A stretch of DNA of 62,467 nucleotides, filler included, from Choristocarpus tenellus KU-1152 (lineage: Eukaryota; Protista; Phaeophyceae): the NCBI GenBank assembly GCA_964200185.2. It is 11 parts of 11 records of this genome, joined end to end, with 100 filler letters (N's around TTAATTAATTAA, not from the genome) between each part and the next. Parts side by side here need not be neighbours in the genome. Positions count along the whole stretch, not along the records: positions 49,113 to 51,876 come from CAXNAD020024945.1; positions 51,977 to 56,834 come from CAXNAD020012767.1; positions 56,935 to 62,467 come from CAXNAD020010499.1; 8 more parts are not named here. One strand, written 5' to 3'. Position numbers and translations under genes: made by a program. Positions 51,655 to 62,467 of the stretch are shown here, in pieces. Below the pieces are notes generated by a model that was not told the origin of the DNA, did no database searches, and saw nothing but the letters and a program-made list of their open reading frames with translations. Numbering within the stretch: the first letter of the stretch is position 1; every line of letters starts with the position of its first letter.

Positions 51655-52806
51655 GTACAGTGTTGTGTTGTGTGTTATGTGTTGTGTGTTGTGTGTTTTT
51701 TTGTTTTGTCTTGTTGAAAAAGAAGATGTTTGCGGTGTGTTGTGTATTTTTGTTTATGTATATTGCCGTTGCCTTAAAAAAATATGTTTTTGAGGGATTT
51801 TTTTTTTTTTGAGTTGCAGTTAGGTGGAATGTGATCGTTTTGGTCTGAAGGATGTTGTTGGTCATTGCGGTCCCCCNNNNNNNNNNNNNNNNNNNNNNNN
51901 NNNNNNNNNNNNNNNNNNNNTTAATTAATTAANNNNNNNNNNNNNNNNNNNNNNNNNNNNNNNNNNNNNNNNNNNNTTTAAATGTCAGCAAAAAAAAGTT
52001 TTTTGGCCGAAACGGACCCCCCCCCACAATCCCCCCCCCCCCCAGATACTTTGACCCTTCACTAGTACTATATGGGACATTCCAAGTAGATGTAAGTGCC
52101 TATTGCAGAGCGATACCATCTAACGGGGGAGTGTCGTTGAGTTCTAAGGGTCTCTATATACCTTTTTGTGATATATCTGTTTTGGACACAATGGAAAGCG
52201 CTTTCAGATAACAAGGTGATGACATGTGGCCAATCTTCCACAGCCACACCCTCCTATGGGGGTGTTTAACTGCATTTCAGGCGTGATCATGATGTGCACT
52301 ACTCAACATTCAGAAAGGTTTTGAAAGACAAAGCGTAAAAATAGACCTCCCTCTTCCCTCGTTTCACTCATATTTGATATGGCCTAAGGAGCTAGGAATC
52401 TATGTTCACTGGGTAATTCCAGCTTCCTGATAGTAATGCGTAGCTCCCGCGTAGCTCCCGCAAGATGTTTGTTGTAGCAGAGTTGGCACCCGTATCCATA
52501 CGAGTTCTCAGTAAGTCCACTGCAAGGATTTTTTTTTAATGTATAGCCACTATAGAGATCATCGACCCATGTTACTTGCGCCTCCCGACGACAAGCGGCG
52601 TTGAAGGAAGAAAATATATAATGTTTGCTGTAAGGACTCTGAAAGAGGGGTGAATTGCATTGCCATGCTTGATAATTTTTTTGTCTGGGACAAGCTTGAG
52701 ATATAAAACAGTTGCTAAGAAACCACATACGCAGTGCTCCCTCTCGTGTCTAAGAATAGGATCTTACGTCTGATTTCAGAAAGGAGGATGACGGGCAATA
52801 ACTCAC

Positions 52807-52911
52807 CTCCTCGAATTCCAGGGGCGTAAACTCGTTGACGTACTGATCCGGGCATACATACTTTCCGATTATCATTTGAAACTTTGGGCTATCTTCTCCA
52901 GAAGTCGCCAT
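52807..52911 (-). CDS. First exon of an unidentified gene (possibly EF-hand protein), divergent from the ctpA-like gene
   Basis: ATG...MATSGEDSPKFQMIIGKYVCPDQYVNEFTPLEFEE followed by a strong GTGAGT donor; later exons not located. Confidence 0.45.
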
Positions 52912-53090
52912 GCTTCTCGTCCCCTCCTCCTCCATTTGTCCTTCTGATATGGACGTGTTCGATCTGTGTGCCTTCAAGCGTTTATGTTTTCCCATCAAAT
53001 ATGGGGCGTTTCAGTAACGCCTCCGTGATGTCATCAAAACCCTGAAAGTATAGGTTCATGCGATCAAACTTCAAACTCATAGTATCACTA

Positions 53091-55189
53091 ATGGCTCGTT
53101 TTCTGCCTCTGGTTACGCTTCTTATACCGGCATGTGGGTTCCTCCATCAACATGGTATAAGTAGTACGATGAAGCGTGGGTCGCCGATGGTGATGGTGCT
53201 CGGTTCCAGACCTCCATCCTCACCATCCGAGGCTGTCAACTATGTCAAGAGAGTAGCGTCATCCCTTGTTCTTGCGGTGACGCTGATGGGGACAGCACCA
53301 GATATGTCTAGAATGCTGACGGAGGGAGGGAAAAATGATCTCATCGCTGCTCCCCCGAGCGCCCTGGCTTTGTCGGAGGAACAGGTACCCACATGTACAC
53401 GAACGAATCCGGACGTCAGATGGATGCGTACTCAGGGAAGGAAATTCCACCAGGCCTGTTATGGCGATCCCACAGGCATGTTCCCGATGGAGCTAATAGT
53501 CAGTGATAGTTTGGAGAAGGGGGTTAGAATAACGCTATGGTGTCGCCTTGTTAGCCTCAAGAGGATCTTTGGCGACCAGACTGCTTTCCAATCGAACTCT
53601 CTCTCGACCTCTCCTCTGTTTAGGACGTGGTGAACGAGGTATGGAGAGTCGTCAACCAGGCGTACGTTGACCGCAATTTCAACGGCTTAGATTGGAAAGC
53701 TGTGAGATTGAAGGTAAGGCTCAGACTGCTCCATTGCCTATATCCAGTGTCCAACATGCGTAAGTGGGTTCCTGGAAGCGGTGCACCTACCCTTCGCTCT
53801 CTTATCCATGTCCGGGCAAGTCTAACCATCCTAATCGTCTCAATTTGGAGAGGATTAGTTGACCAAAATCTCTCTCACTTGATAAGATATCGGAGATGGA
53901 TTGGAGCTTCGTCCAAACTCTGCTCCGACCCCCATGACAATGCCCCTTCACCCAACCACTTCGTCCGCCTGGATAGATTTCCAACCATATGGCCTTCAAA
54001 TATGAATATCCTACGGATCCAAACTAGCCACTCTCATCAAACCCGAAAATAACCTGCGCCGCCCCTTCAGCTACTACTATATCCCTTTTAAACATCGTTT
54101 TCGCACTGCTGATGGCGAGAGGTATGGTTAGACTGGAAGCAGCTTTCGTGACATTTGCATTTGCTCTAAATGCCACTTACAGTGGTATCCCCCTTCTCAA
54201 TATTTCACCATGTTATCTCATTATTACCCCAAGGTCCTTAAAAAAGAGTTCCGCAACAAGGCTGAGGCATATGCAACTGCCAAGGATATGCTAAAAGGCC
54301 TGGGAGATCCGTATACTCGATTCCTCACACCTGATGTAAGTAAGTGCCAATGAGGTGAGGTCCTGTGTTCCTGTGGCAACCACTACATTCTCTATTATCA
54401 TAGTACCGAGGTTTGATCATGGTCGATCTCCCGGGACAGGCACATGCTGGAGTTGTGGTATCTATGCTAGACCTCTGAGTGATGATAGCTATTACGCCTC
54501 AAGAGTGTGTGTAGGGCTGCAAGCTGTTGTGGGGATGAAGGAACTACCCCGTTGAAGTACTCTTAACCTTTTCTGTCTGTCCAGGATAGCAGTCCTTGAA
54601 TGCTGTCTCAGAGACATCCTGTTCTACTTCGGAGCCTCACCGTGCCACTTGGGTTGTGCCTTGATTCAGTTGAAGTTCAAACCATGATATTTTTTGCAAT
54701 TATTTGTACTCAACTTGGTCCTTAACGGGTCTTGGAGGATCGTATACTTCCAACCTTGTATTCTCACTGCCCCTTCGACTGAGTTAGGAATTCGACGCAG
54801 TCAAGGGACTTGCAAGAGGTGGTGCTGCCGGTGTTGGCTTGGAACTAGCCACCGGCCCTGGAGATGGTGGTGGGGAAGGGGCTACAGGAGTTGTGGTGGC
54901 CGGAGTTGTTAAAGGCTCTCCAGCGGAGGCGGGTGGCCTCAAGAGTGGGGACACCTTGTTGGCTGTAGATGGAGAGCAGGTAATGGGGGGGGAGGAGAAC
55001 ACACCATGCATACTATTGGATGACCTTTTGCTGATATGCTGACCCTTTAACATTCAACCCTAACCCTATCTTCAGTAGCAGTTCTGCTATTCCATTGATA
55101 ACATGTACTTGGGAGCACTTGTTTGTTGTGTTCACGGTTTTCTTTGACAGTGCTTGCAAGGTTGCTCAAGGGGCCATTTTTTGAAAAAG

Positions 55190-55227
<38 letters not shown>

Positions 55228-56112
55228 TGGCCGTGCTCTTTTGTGGGCTNNNNNNNNNNACGGTTCTTCCAGCGGCACATTTTTTCAAAAACACCCCCCC
55301 CCCCCCCCCCCCCCCCGGCAACCCACCTCTTGGCCGTTTTCTTTTGTTATTTCGAGTATGGCAGTTAGTGGGCAACCTTAGTGCAGTACAGAAAGACAGC
55401 GCAAAGTTTAAAAAGTCAGAAGACTCCCGGCATGTTTAAAATCTCAATTGCACTCACATTTTAGCCTCTTTTACAGGACCTGCAGTTGGGTCTGAAACTG
55501 TTGCTATTAATCCAGTTGAAGGTTATAGCAGTACCCACTAAGAAAGAATGCAGACTTTTTTTGTTTTGTGGATCTGAGAATATATTCAGTAAATTCCCAC
55601 CTTGCGCTAACTTGAAAAGTGGGGAGTGAGTTGGGTCAATGGCGTGATGTCATGATGTTAAAGTGGCTGATGGTGCAAGAAGTGTCTCAACTATTTGAAT
55701 TCTGAATCACAACAGATTCATGCATAGCGGCGATTACCGAACTGCCCACTAATCCTCAAACCCTATGTCAGTCCCCTGTTGCTCAGGCGTACCCACACCT
55801 TGCGTGTATGCCCAGTGATCAACACAAACCACGCAATATACGTGCACACCACACAGTAACTGTCATGATGTAACTGTCATGATGTAACTGTCGCGGTAGG
55901 GGTAGCAGTGGGCCGCAATCCCCCCTCCCCCTCCCCAACGTACTTATTCTTGAGCCACGTATGGGTGAATTGAAACGCCTGGTCAGGTATTAGGAGACAA
56001 GCTCGATTACGCTGCGTCCCTGCTGCGAGGGGAAATCGGCTCTAAGGTTCGACTGGATGTGAGGAGGGGAGGGGCAGCGATGGTCTTTCCCCTGACAAGG
56101 GCAGACTTCAAG
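53091..56112 (+). CDS. ctpA: Plastid C-terminal processing peptidase (S41A, CtpA/D1-protease family), N-terminal and PDZ region; 3'-truncated
   Basis: Exons 53091-53384, 53624-53713, 54234-54335, 54788-54979, 55987-56112. Motifs EVWRVVNQAYVDRNFNGLDW, MLKGLGDPYTRFLTP, GVGLEL, GSPAEAGGLKSGDTLLAVDG and LLRGEIGSKVRL. Which CtpA paralogue cannot be told. Confidence 0.9.
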
Positions 56113-56123
56113 GTAAGGAAGTT

Positions 56124-56174
<51 letters not shown>

Positions 56175-56734
56175 GGGGGATGTCCACGGTTGTCTACTGC
56201 GAGGCCAATGGACCGTTCTTCAGGGCACACGTGCGTATGCCCTGGGTCAAAAAAATCTCTTCAACGTTGAAGTGATCAACAAAAAATGCGGATCGATTCT
56301 TGACACGCTTCCTGGCCTCTTCGTGCTGGAGTCCCTATTTTTTTTTTTTTTATAGTGGTGTGTTGATTTTATATATATATATATATAATTACTTTTTTTA
56401 CACTGGTGGAGGGATGTGGGTGAGGGTTGGGGCAGGGGTTGCTGGGCGAATCTGCCTCTGATTGGCGATACCTGTGACGCCAAAAATGGCTGTTATTCTA
56501 TTGGTCCTCGTTTTCCTCTTCGTGTGTGTATTTTCCTCCGAATGCAATGGACAAGGAGGAGATTTGACGGCTCTGTTGGCTCTTGAATTGGAGGCCTTAA
56601 GAAAACCTTGGGGGTGATTGTGTGTTGTACTTCAATGAGCCGGCGGGTGATAGTGTGGTTGAACTCTTCTCTTCTCTTCTCTTCTCTTCTCTTCTTTTCT
56701 TTTTTTTGAAACCTTAAAATATATTTTTTCTTGT

Positions 56735-56772
<38 letters not shown>

Positions 56773-56934
56773 ATTGTTCTAATTTCTGCACTGGCTTCTT
56801 ACCCGAGGTGGAGGGTTGTTGGACGGGGGGGTGGNNNNNNNNNNNNNNNNNNNNNNNNNNNNNNNNNNNNNNNNNNNNTTAATTAATTAANNNNNNNNNN
56901 NNNNNNNNNNNNNNNNNNNNNNNNNNNNNNNNNN

Positions 56935-56977
56935 GTTGTACATCCTGGAAGGTGAGCATTGAGGGGCGCCTGTAACA
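56935..56977 (+). mobile_element. LTR 3' end (solo or 3' LTR) of the family at 37757-37850
   Basis: catcctggaa..gtgagcattgaggggcgcctgtaaca is shared; similarity stops right after the terminal ACA. Confidence 0.75.
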
Positions 56978-57699
56978 TACAGGCAGCAACAGCATAGATG
57001 ATACATGCGCAATCTGCAATCGAATTTTGTCATGTCTCACGGCCAAGACGTGATCGTGCCATCCGAACTGACTAGGGAACACAGTCTACATAAGTAGTTT
57101 AGCTTCACCTCAAGCACAATCAGCACTACAAAGCCGTCCGCAGTTGCAGCAAACCGAGGATAGAGGGAGAGGGGCTGCACCCAAGCATAAGCATCCACAC
57201 ATCAGTAGTCAGAGGGATAAGAAAACCTGGCTAATTCTTAATCAAACGTTTCTGCACCCCGAGACCACACAGATGGAGAATAGACAGGCGTCTAACAAAT
57301 CCTACATTCTGACAACCTCTTTTTGCTTGCTACCTCTACTCTGAGCAGAACACAAATTCAAAAATGCATCTTCACAGCAGTTGGCCAGACATTTGCCTAA
57401 TGACATTAATCTCTGCATTTTCATACCCATCATCTAGAAAAAAAAGTAACTTCTTTATCTTTTCGTATTGTCCTTGGTTCTACACGAAAATGTACATGTT
57501 GGATTGAAACAGAGTACCTGCAAAATAACTGTGTAATTTGGGGTAGGCTTTGGCTTAGTTGAGTCAATTCACCAGCTTCCACCACCGAAAGACATTGAGC
57601 AGTCACAAGGACTAGTAAACATGGGAAGCGATCATTGTCTCCCCCAACCTACAATACTTGACTCTTGCCAAAGTGAATTTTGGGTAAGGTTGAGACACA

Positions 57700-60270
57700 C
57701 CTTCAACGAACCTACACTTCATCTTCAAAAGAGGAGAAAAATATGGTAGGCATGTTATCATGTAAGCCAATGCTGACAAGCTTGTAGTCTATTACACTTT
57801 CGCCTCCTCCATAGTCCCTGAGTGGCGGGGACGAGGGGAGTCGATTATCACCACAAGAGGTCTGAAACAGCAAATTCTCCATCAAGTGAAGTAGTAGGAG
57901 AGCCGAGGATACTGGCAGTTTCTGCAAAGGAAAACTGCAGCCGGTTTTGATGGGAAAACACACAGGCGGAAGTATAGGTAAGAGCTCATGAGTGGAGGAT
58001 GAAACAGATGGAAGTCTACAAGACCACGTAGTGAGGTCCAACAATCACTCTCCTACAACAACAAATCTGTTTATGTATTCCCTACAACGAATGAATATTC
58101 GTAAAATCTATGGAGTACAAGAAAATTTGGGGGCAAGCACGCCCAAGGGACTCCTCAAAACAACTTTTGAAATATATCATGTCAGTAGGTAGGAAAAGCA
58201 CCAATAAAATCCAGAGACTGAATTCCCAAAACCTTGAACGCTCAGCCAAAAGAGAGGAAGGGCTATATTAGGCACTCGTTGTTCCTACTGTCCTCCTTGG
58301 CAATGGGTGGCAATAGTTTGAATATCATACATAGTACTTTCACACACCCCACAATTAATTGGACAAATGCACCATTACAACTCCACCATCTGCTCTAAAA
58401 GGGGAGTTGGCCATAGGGGGCAGACATTTCACCTTGTCATTATCACTCAATGGGCTCGTGTCCAAGGTGTCTAGGGAGGGCAGGGTGCTTCCCATTGTGA
58501 CCTTGGACAAGTAGACACGATTTGCGCATGAGAGACAGTGGCAACATTCCAGTTTGGCATTCCGAGGGATAACAACAAGAGAGCATTGGGGGTCTGTAAG
58601 ACACTTGTGGGGAATAGATGGGAGTATGTAGATGCTCACAGATTATACGGACCTTTCAAGGAGTGGTATATTTGGATCATATTTAATCTCGGTGTAAGAG
58701 ATCAAACTTGAATTTTAGGATTAGGGTGTTAGGGCTAGGGGGTGGCCTTGGTTTCTAAGCTGACTATTGTGAAGGTACTGCAGATAGAGAGAGATTGCTC
58801 AATTTCTCTTGGTAAGTTCATGGATCTCACCGTATTAGAGCTTCCTTGGGAGGAGGGTGAATGGCTCTGTGGGGTAGAGGGGATGAGAGCAGAAGCATCC
58901 ATTATCTTGCCAGTGAACACACCCAGCAACATGAGGGCAGTTGGAGGTGTATGATACATGTCAGTGAAGAGGAGAAGCGTAGATGATTGGCAGTGATCAA
59001 ACTGGGCGTACATGTGGAATGTGCAACAAGGAATAGCATGCCTTGAGTGCTCGCTAATTCATCACAAGAGAACACAAACTCATTCCTTGCCACACTTTGC
59101 TCGAACACATTTGGCATAGGACATCGGGTGGATTGCACAAGAAGGGTTGAAACCCTGTAGAGGCACAGTAGGAGATATGCAGGCGAAGGTGGAGGAGAGT
59201 GTACTCATCTTGGCATGCACTGGATCACTACAAAAAAATACCCGTGGCATAGGCCTAGAAGAAGTGTTGCATGGGTCTGCATTGCATTGACTTAAGTAGG
59301 AGCAGGGATCCTGTATTGGTGAGAGTGCTCTAGAGTCTACATATATATATACACCTTGACAGAGGCCGCACATCAGTACGTATTGGCTGTGATGACGATA
59401 CAGCTGCTTCAAGGCAGGAACACACACGGTATTGTGTGTAACAAGGGCGTGCATAACCTACAGGTCGAGAGCAAGGCAGAGAGAGGGGCTAGTATTCTTC
59501 ACAGTTCTTACCTTGAGGAAATTCTCCCCTTTGACGATCCCACAGGGGTCTGGGGAGGCTGGATAGATCCTGTGCCCGCCTCTACCTTGTCTGCACTCCC
59601 CAGCTCTCCCAGTTCTGCTTCCACACCGCCACCATCAGCAGCTGATGTAAGATTAAACGGTGTGGGAATTGTATCCAAATATTCAGAAAAGGAAGAGGAC
59701 ATGAAGTCATCATCCCCGATGGCTGAAGTGCTGTCAGACCCTGGAGAGGAGGATGAGGCGGGAGACAGATCTTCTGTCCCAGAGGACGATGATGGAGTCT
59801 CGGAACTTCCAGAAGTCTTGGTCGGGGGTGGATAAAGTGACGAAGCACTCTGATTGGATCGGTGTGCAGCAGGGGGTAAGGTTGGGAGAGAGCAGGCCAG
59901 GGAGGTGGAGCAAGGGGTTAAAGGGGATCAGAGATGTGGTTGGGTACGGATAATCTTAGGAGGGACAAGGATAGCAGGGAGAACATGAGCTTGAATCATC
60001 TTTGCTCAGGCCTACACCTTTCAGAGTTGTGGGGTGTGGTTGAGTAGAACAAAATCGTTTGAGGTGAGGATATTGGGCCCGGTCCAAGCAAGGGGTTAGG
60101 CCAGATGTGTTGGTGCTGATCCAAATCTCTCTCCCCCTCCTCTCCGCTGATCCACGTTTCGCTTCCCATGGATCCATTTCTATCCACAGTTTTTTTCCCC
60201 TTCCTACCCCAGAACACCATGTTCTACGCCTGACTTGAAGGGCTCCAAATAAATATTTCATGTTGTACAT
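57700..60270 (-). mobile_element. Decayed Ty3/gypsy-like gag-pol remnant
   Basis: Broken frames with a knuckle-like FYSTTPHNSERC, protease-like GKIMDASALIPS and RT-like SSP...VIDYKL, in gag-PR-RT order. Confidence 0.4.
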
Positions 60271-60564
60271 TCACTCGTTTCTTGGCTCTCTTATCTCCTA
60301 GCGCGTTTACGTTTCTGCTTTGTTGTACCTTTTAATATCAGTCAAAGCTGCTATGACACTTTCTGCCCTGCATTCACTTGACTGAACGGGCATATGTCTC
60401 CCCCATGTGTATATACCTGACTCTGCATGAACTTTCATTTTCCAGCTCCGAAAAGGATCTCCACTGCAAATCCAAGATGGCAGGTGGTTTGCACACGACA
60501 CCAACCACCGTGCAGTCTAGGCCAACCTATATCATACCTACTTCCCCGACTAAGGTGACCTTGT

Positions 60565-60663
60565 TTTGTAGTAACAATACCTGAAAATGAAGGGGGAACT
60601 TGCTGAACAGAGGTACGTATTTCAGCAAGTTCCCCTTCCATTTTCAGGTATTGTCACTACAAA
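60565..60663. repeat. Near-perfect inverted repeat (43-bp arms, 13-nt loop)
   Basis: Arms 60565-60607 and 60621-60663, three mismatches. Confidence 0.92.
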
Positions 60664-61250
60664 TGAAAGTTGCAAATTGTCAAACTGGACATTCAATGTT
60701 TGATGCAAAATTCAAAACCCAATGTATATAATCTAGAAACAATAGATGAACATTATGTTCCTGACTGTGCACAAACCGGGATATATAGCATTAGGAGTGA
60801 GATGGTAATTTTCTAGGTCCTTTTCTCATCAGTGAAGGTAAACGTCACAGAACCAGTCCACACGCCGAGCCACTTCTCCAAGCTTCGTTCACATTTACAA
60901 ATCATGTCCGCCAACTATTGAAAACTATTCAATGAACAGGCCGGTGGATTTCATTTTGAAACATACCTAACCCTTACCAACCTGATTTTTTCTACTACTA
61001 CTACTAATCATACATTTGGTTTAATGCAACATTCCACATTGTGGCACTTGACCTTCTAGAACTTTCATCATCAAAGCTTTTTTGACTTTTAAAATAAATT
61101 GTTTGGGTTTCGACAGTATTGATATTAGTAGGGTATCTCTTAATAGAAAATATCTTAGAAAATAAACGGTATAGTAGTTATTATGTAAGTAATCCAGCCC
61201 CCAAAATATCTTGAATCACATCTGTGATAAATTGTTTGTGGTCAAATTCC

Positions 61251-61428
61251 GGCTCAAAGTATGTGGGGGGGGGGCGGCGGCTGTCCACTTGGGGTCAATT
61301 TTTTCATGTCGCGATTCTTGGGCTATTTGGTTGCATACGTCGAATGGATAATGCAAACGCACTTTTCCTGATTTTGACCCAAATGGACAACCTGGTGCAG
61401 ACCCCCCCCCCCCCAGGTACTTTGGGTC
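61251..61428. mobile_element. MITE family B copy
   Basis: ggctcaaagtatgtgggg...ccccaggtactttgggtc; 4-bp TSD TTCC/TTCC. Confidence 0.88.
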
Positions 61429-61724
61429 TTCCCTAAGCTTGCTTCATAATCACAGCTCCAGGGAATCCGCTACGCAAGAGACTGAAATGTTGAAAGCAAA
61501 ATGTAGAATGTATAGTACATTCAACATCCAAATAGTTCACTATCACCCAAATCATGAGGAAGGGAAATTTGAGATATGAGAAGAGAAATAACTTGTTAAC
61601 ATGCCTTGTAGGAAAAACCTCGAGTATGGTAAAAAACTTAACAGAGTACGTCTTTTATGATAGAGTATACTGTACAAGAGCTACATTTTTCATGCACCAT
61701 CTGTCGTAGAGAATGCTATCAGTA

Positions 61725-61992
61725 GAGTGAAGGTATCTTAGAGGGTACGAGTCTTGCCCTGTTTGTCCATTTGGGACTTGGCTTCCCACAGGTGTTTTAT
61801 GATATTTTCCTACTCCGATATGTTTCGATATGTTTCGGAGTAGGAAAAATTTACACATTATGAAAAGGTGTGTTCGGAACAAGGATATTGACACTTCCTC
61901 AAAAACACGATAGTCAAAATTACATCAAAATCGGAACATTGGAATTTGACCCCGAAATGGACGCAGCTCTAACCTCTAAGATACTTTGACTC
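61725..61992. mobile_element. MITE family A copy
   Basis: gagtgaaggtatcttagag...ctctaagatactttgactc; TSD not recognisable. Confidence 0.88.
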
Positions 61993-62467
61993 ATTTCCCT
62001 GGAGACACCTTGCAGCAAAAAAGAGTCATGGGCGGACTGTGGTGTCATGGTTGAGGGACATGGAAAGGTTCAAATGTGGTGGAGAGAGCAATGAAGGCAG
62101 AAGGGCATTGATGAGGTAGGAGCGGGAGGAACAAGAGAAACAGTGGGCAAGAAGCATTCAAGAAAAGCATTTTGGCTGAATTTGATTGTCCTCCATGGTC
62201 AAGGAAAGGGCCATCATCAAACCTTCTACGGTAGTATGTGAAAATGGGGTAGGGAGGGTTTGAGGAACAACAAGATGGAGCAACAAAATGCCTTCACATA
62301 TATTGCATGAATTCCTCAAGGTTTGTTTGTATGTATATGTGTATGTATTATATCACGAGAGTGTAGGAAAGATGGATCACATGGGGTACATGTTATTGAA
62401 ACCTGAATCGAATGCATTGTATATGATACATAGACTACGAAGGAAGAAGAATCATGGTGTTGTAAAG

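Noticed and set aside
55123-55439. Poly-Pro and poly-Gly ORFs
   Set aside because: Poly-C runs around a 10-N gap in a ctpA intron; low-quality sequence.
29495-55891. Small local tandem duplications (~29575/29788, 30977-31027, 43638-43669, 50012-50059, 55856-55891)
   Set aside because: Ordinary short duplications with no associated structure.
11156-56934. Recurring TTAATTAATTAA palindrome within N runs as a biological motif
   Set aside because: Identical 100-nt linker with stops in all frames; a contig-concatenation artefact. Gene neighbourhoods across it are meaningless.

Overview
Eukaryotic, intron-rich genomic DNA, not prokaryotic. It is most consistent with a photosynthetic stramenopile, probably a brown alga (flagellar dynein, signal+transit+lumen targeting on a CtpA-type protease, 72-nt one-LRR-per-exon gene); this is inference. 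The window is 11 small contigs joined by an artificial 100-nt linker (N44-TTAATTAATTAA-N44), so adjacency across linkers has no biological meaning. Spliced gene fragments reconstructed by hand with GT-AG boundaries and consistent phase: DNAH5/8-type dynein heavy chain N-terminus (10 exons), a MATH + USP7-type UBL protein, the ALG6 3' end, a FAM135/DUF676 hydrolase, a kinesin-3 motor, an LRR exon array and a plastid CtpA-type protease. Non-coding space holds a ~260-bp MITE family (9 copies, 3- or 4-bp TSDs), a related poly-G MITE family at many contig ends, decayed mariner/pogo/hAT/copia/gypsy remnants and many short (TTAGGG)n tracts. The most unusual signals are: (1) a CCA-terminated tRNA-Ser(GCU) 3' half starting exactly at U33 between perfect 25-bp direct repeats; (2) in-sequence evidence that telomere-type repeats have been inserted into introns and a coding exon; (3) symmetric 72-nt LRR exons; (4) a MATH-UBL fusion without an intervening USP catalytic domain. 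No CRISPR, rRNA or intact tRNA gene was seen. All assignments are from motif recognition by eye; no searches were run.
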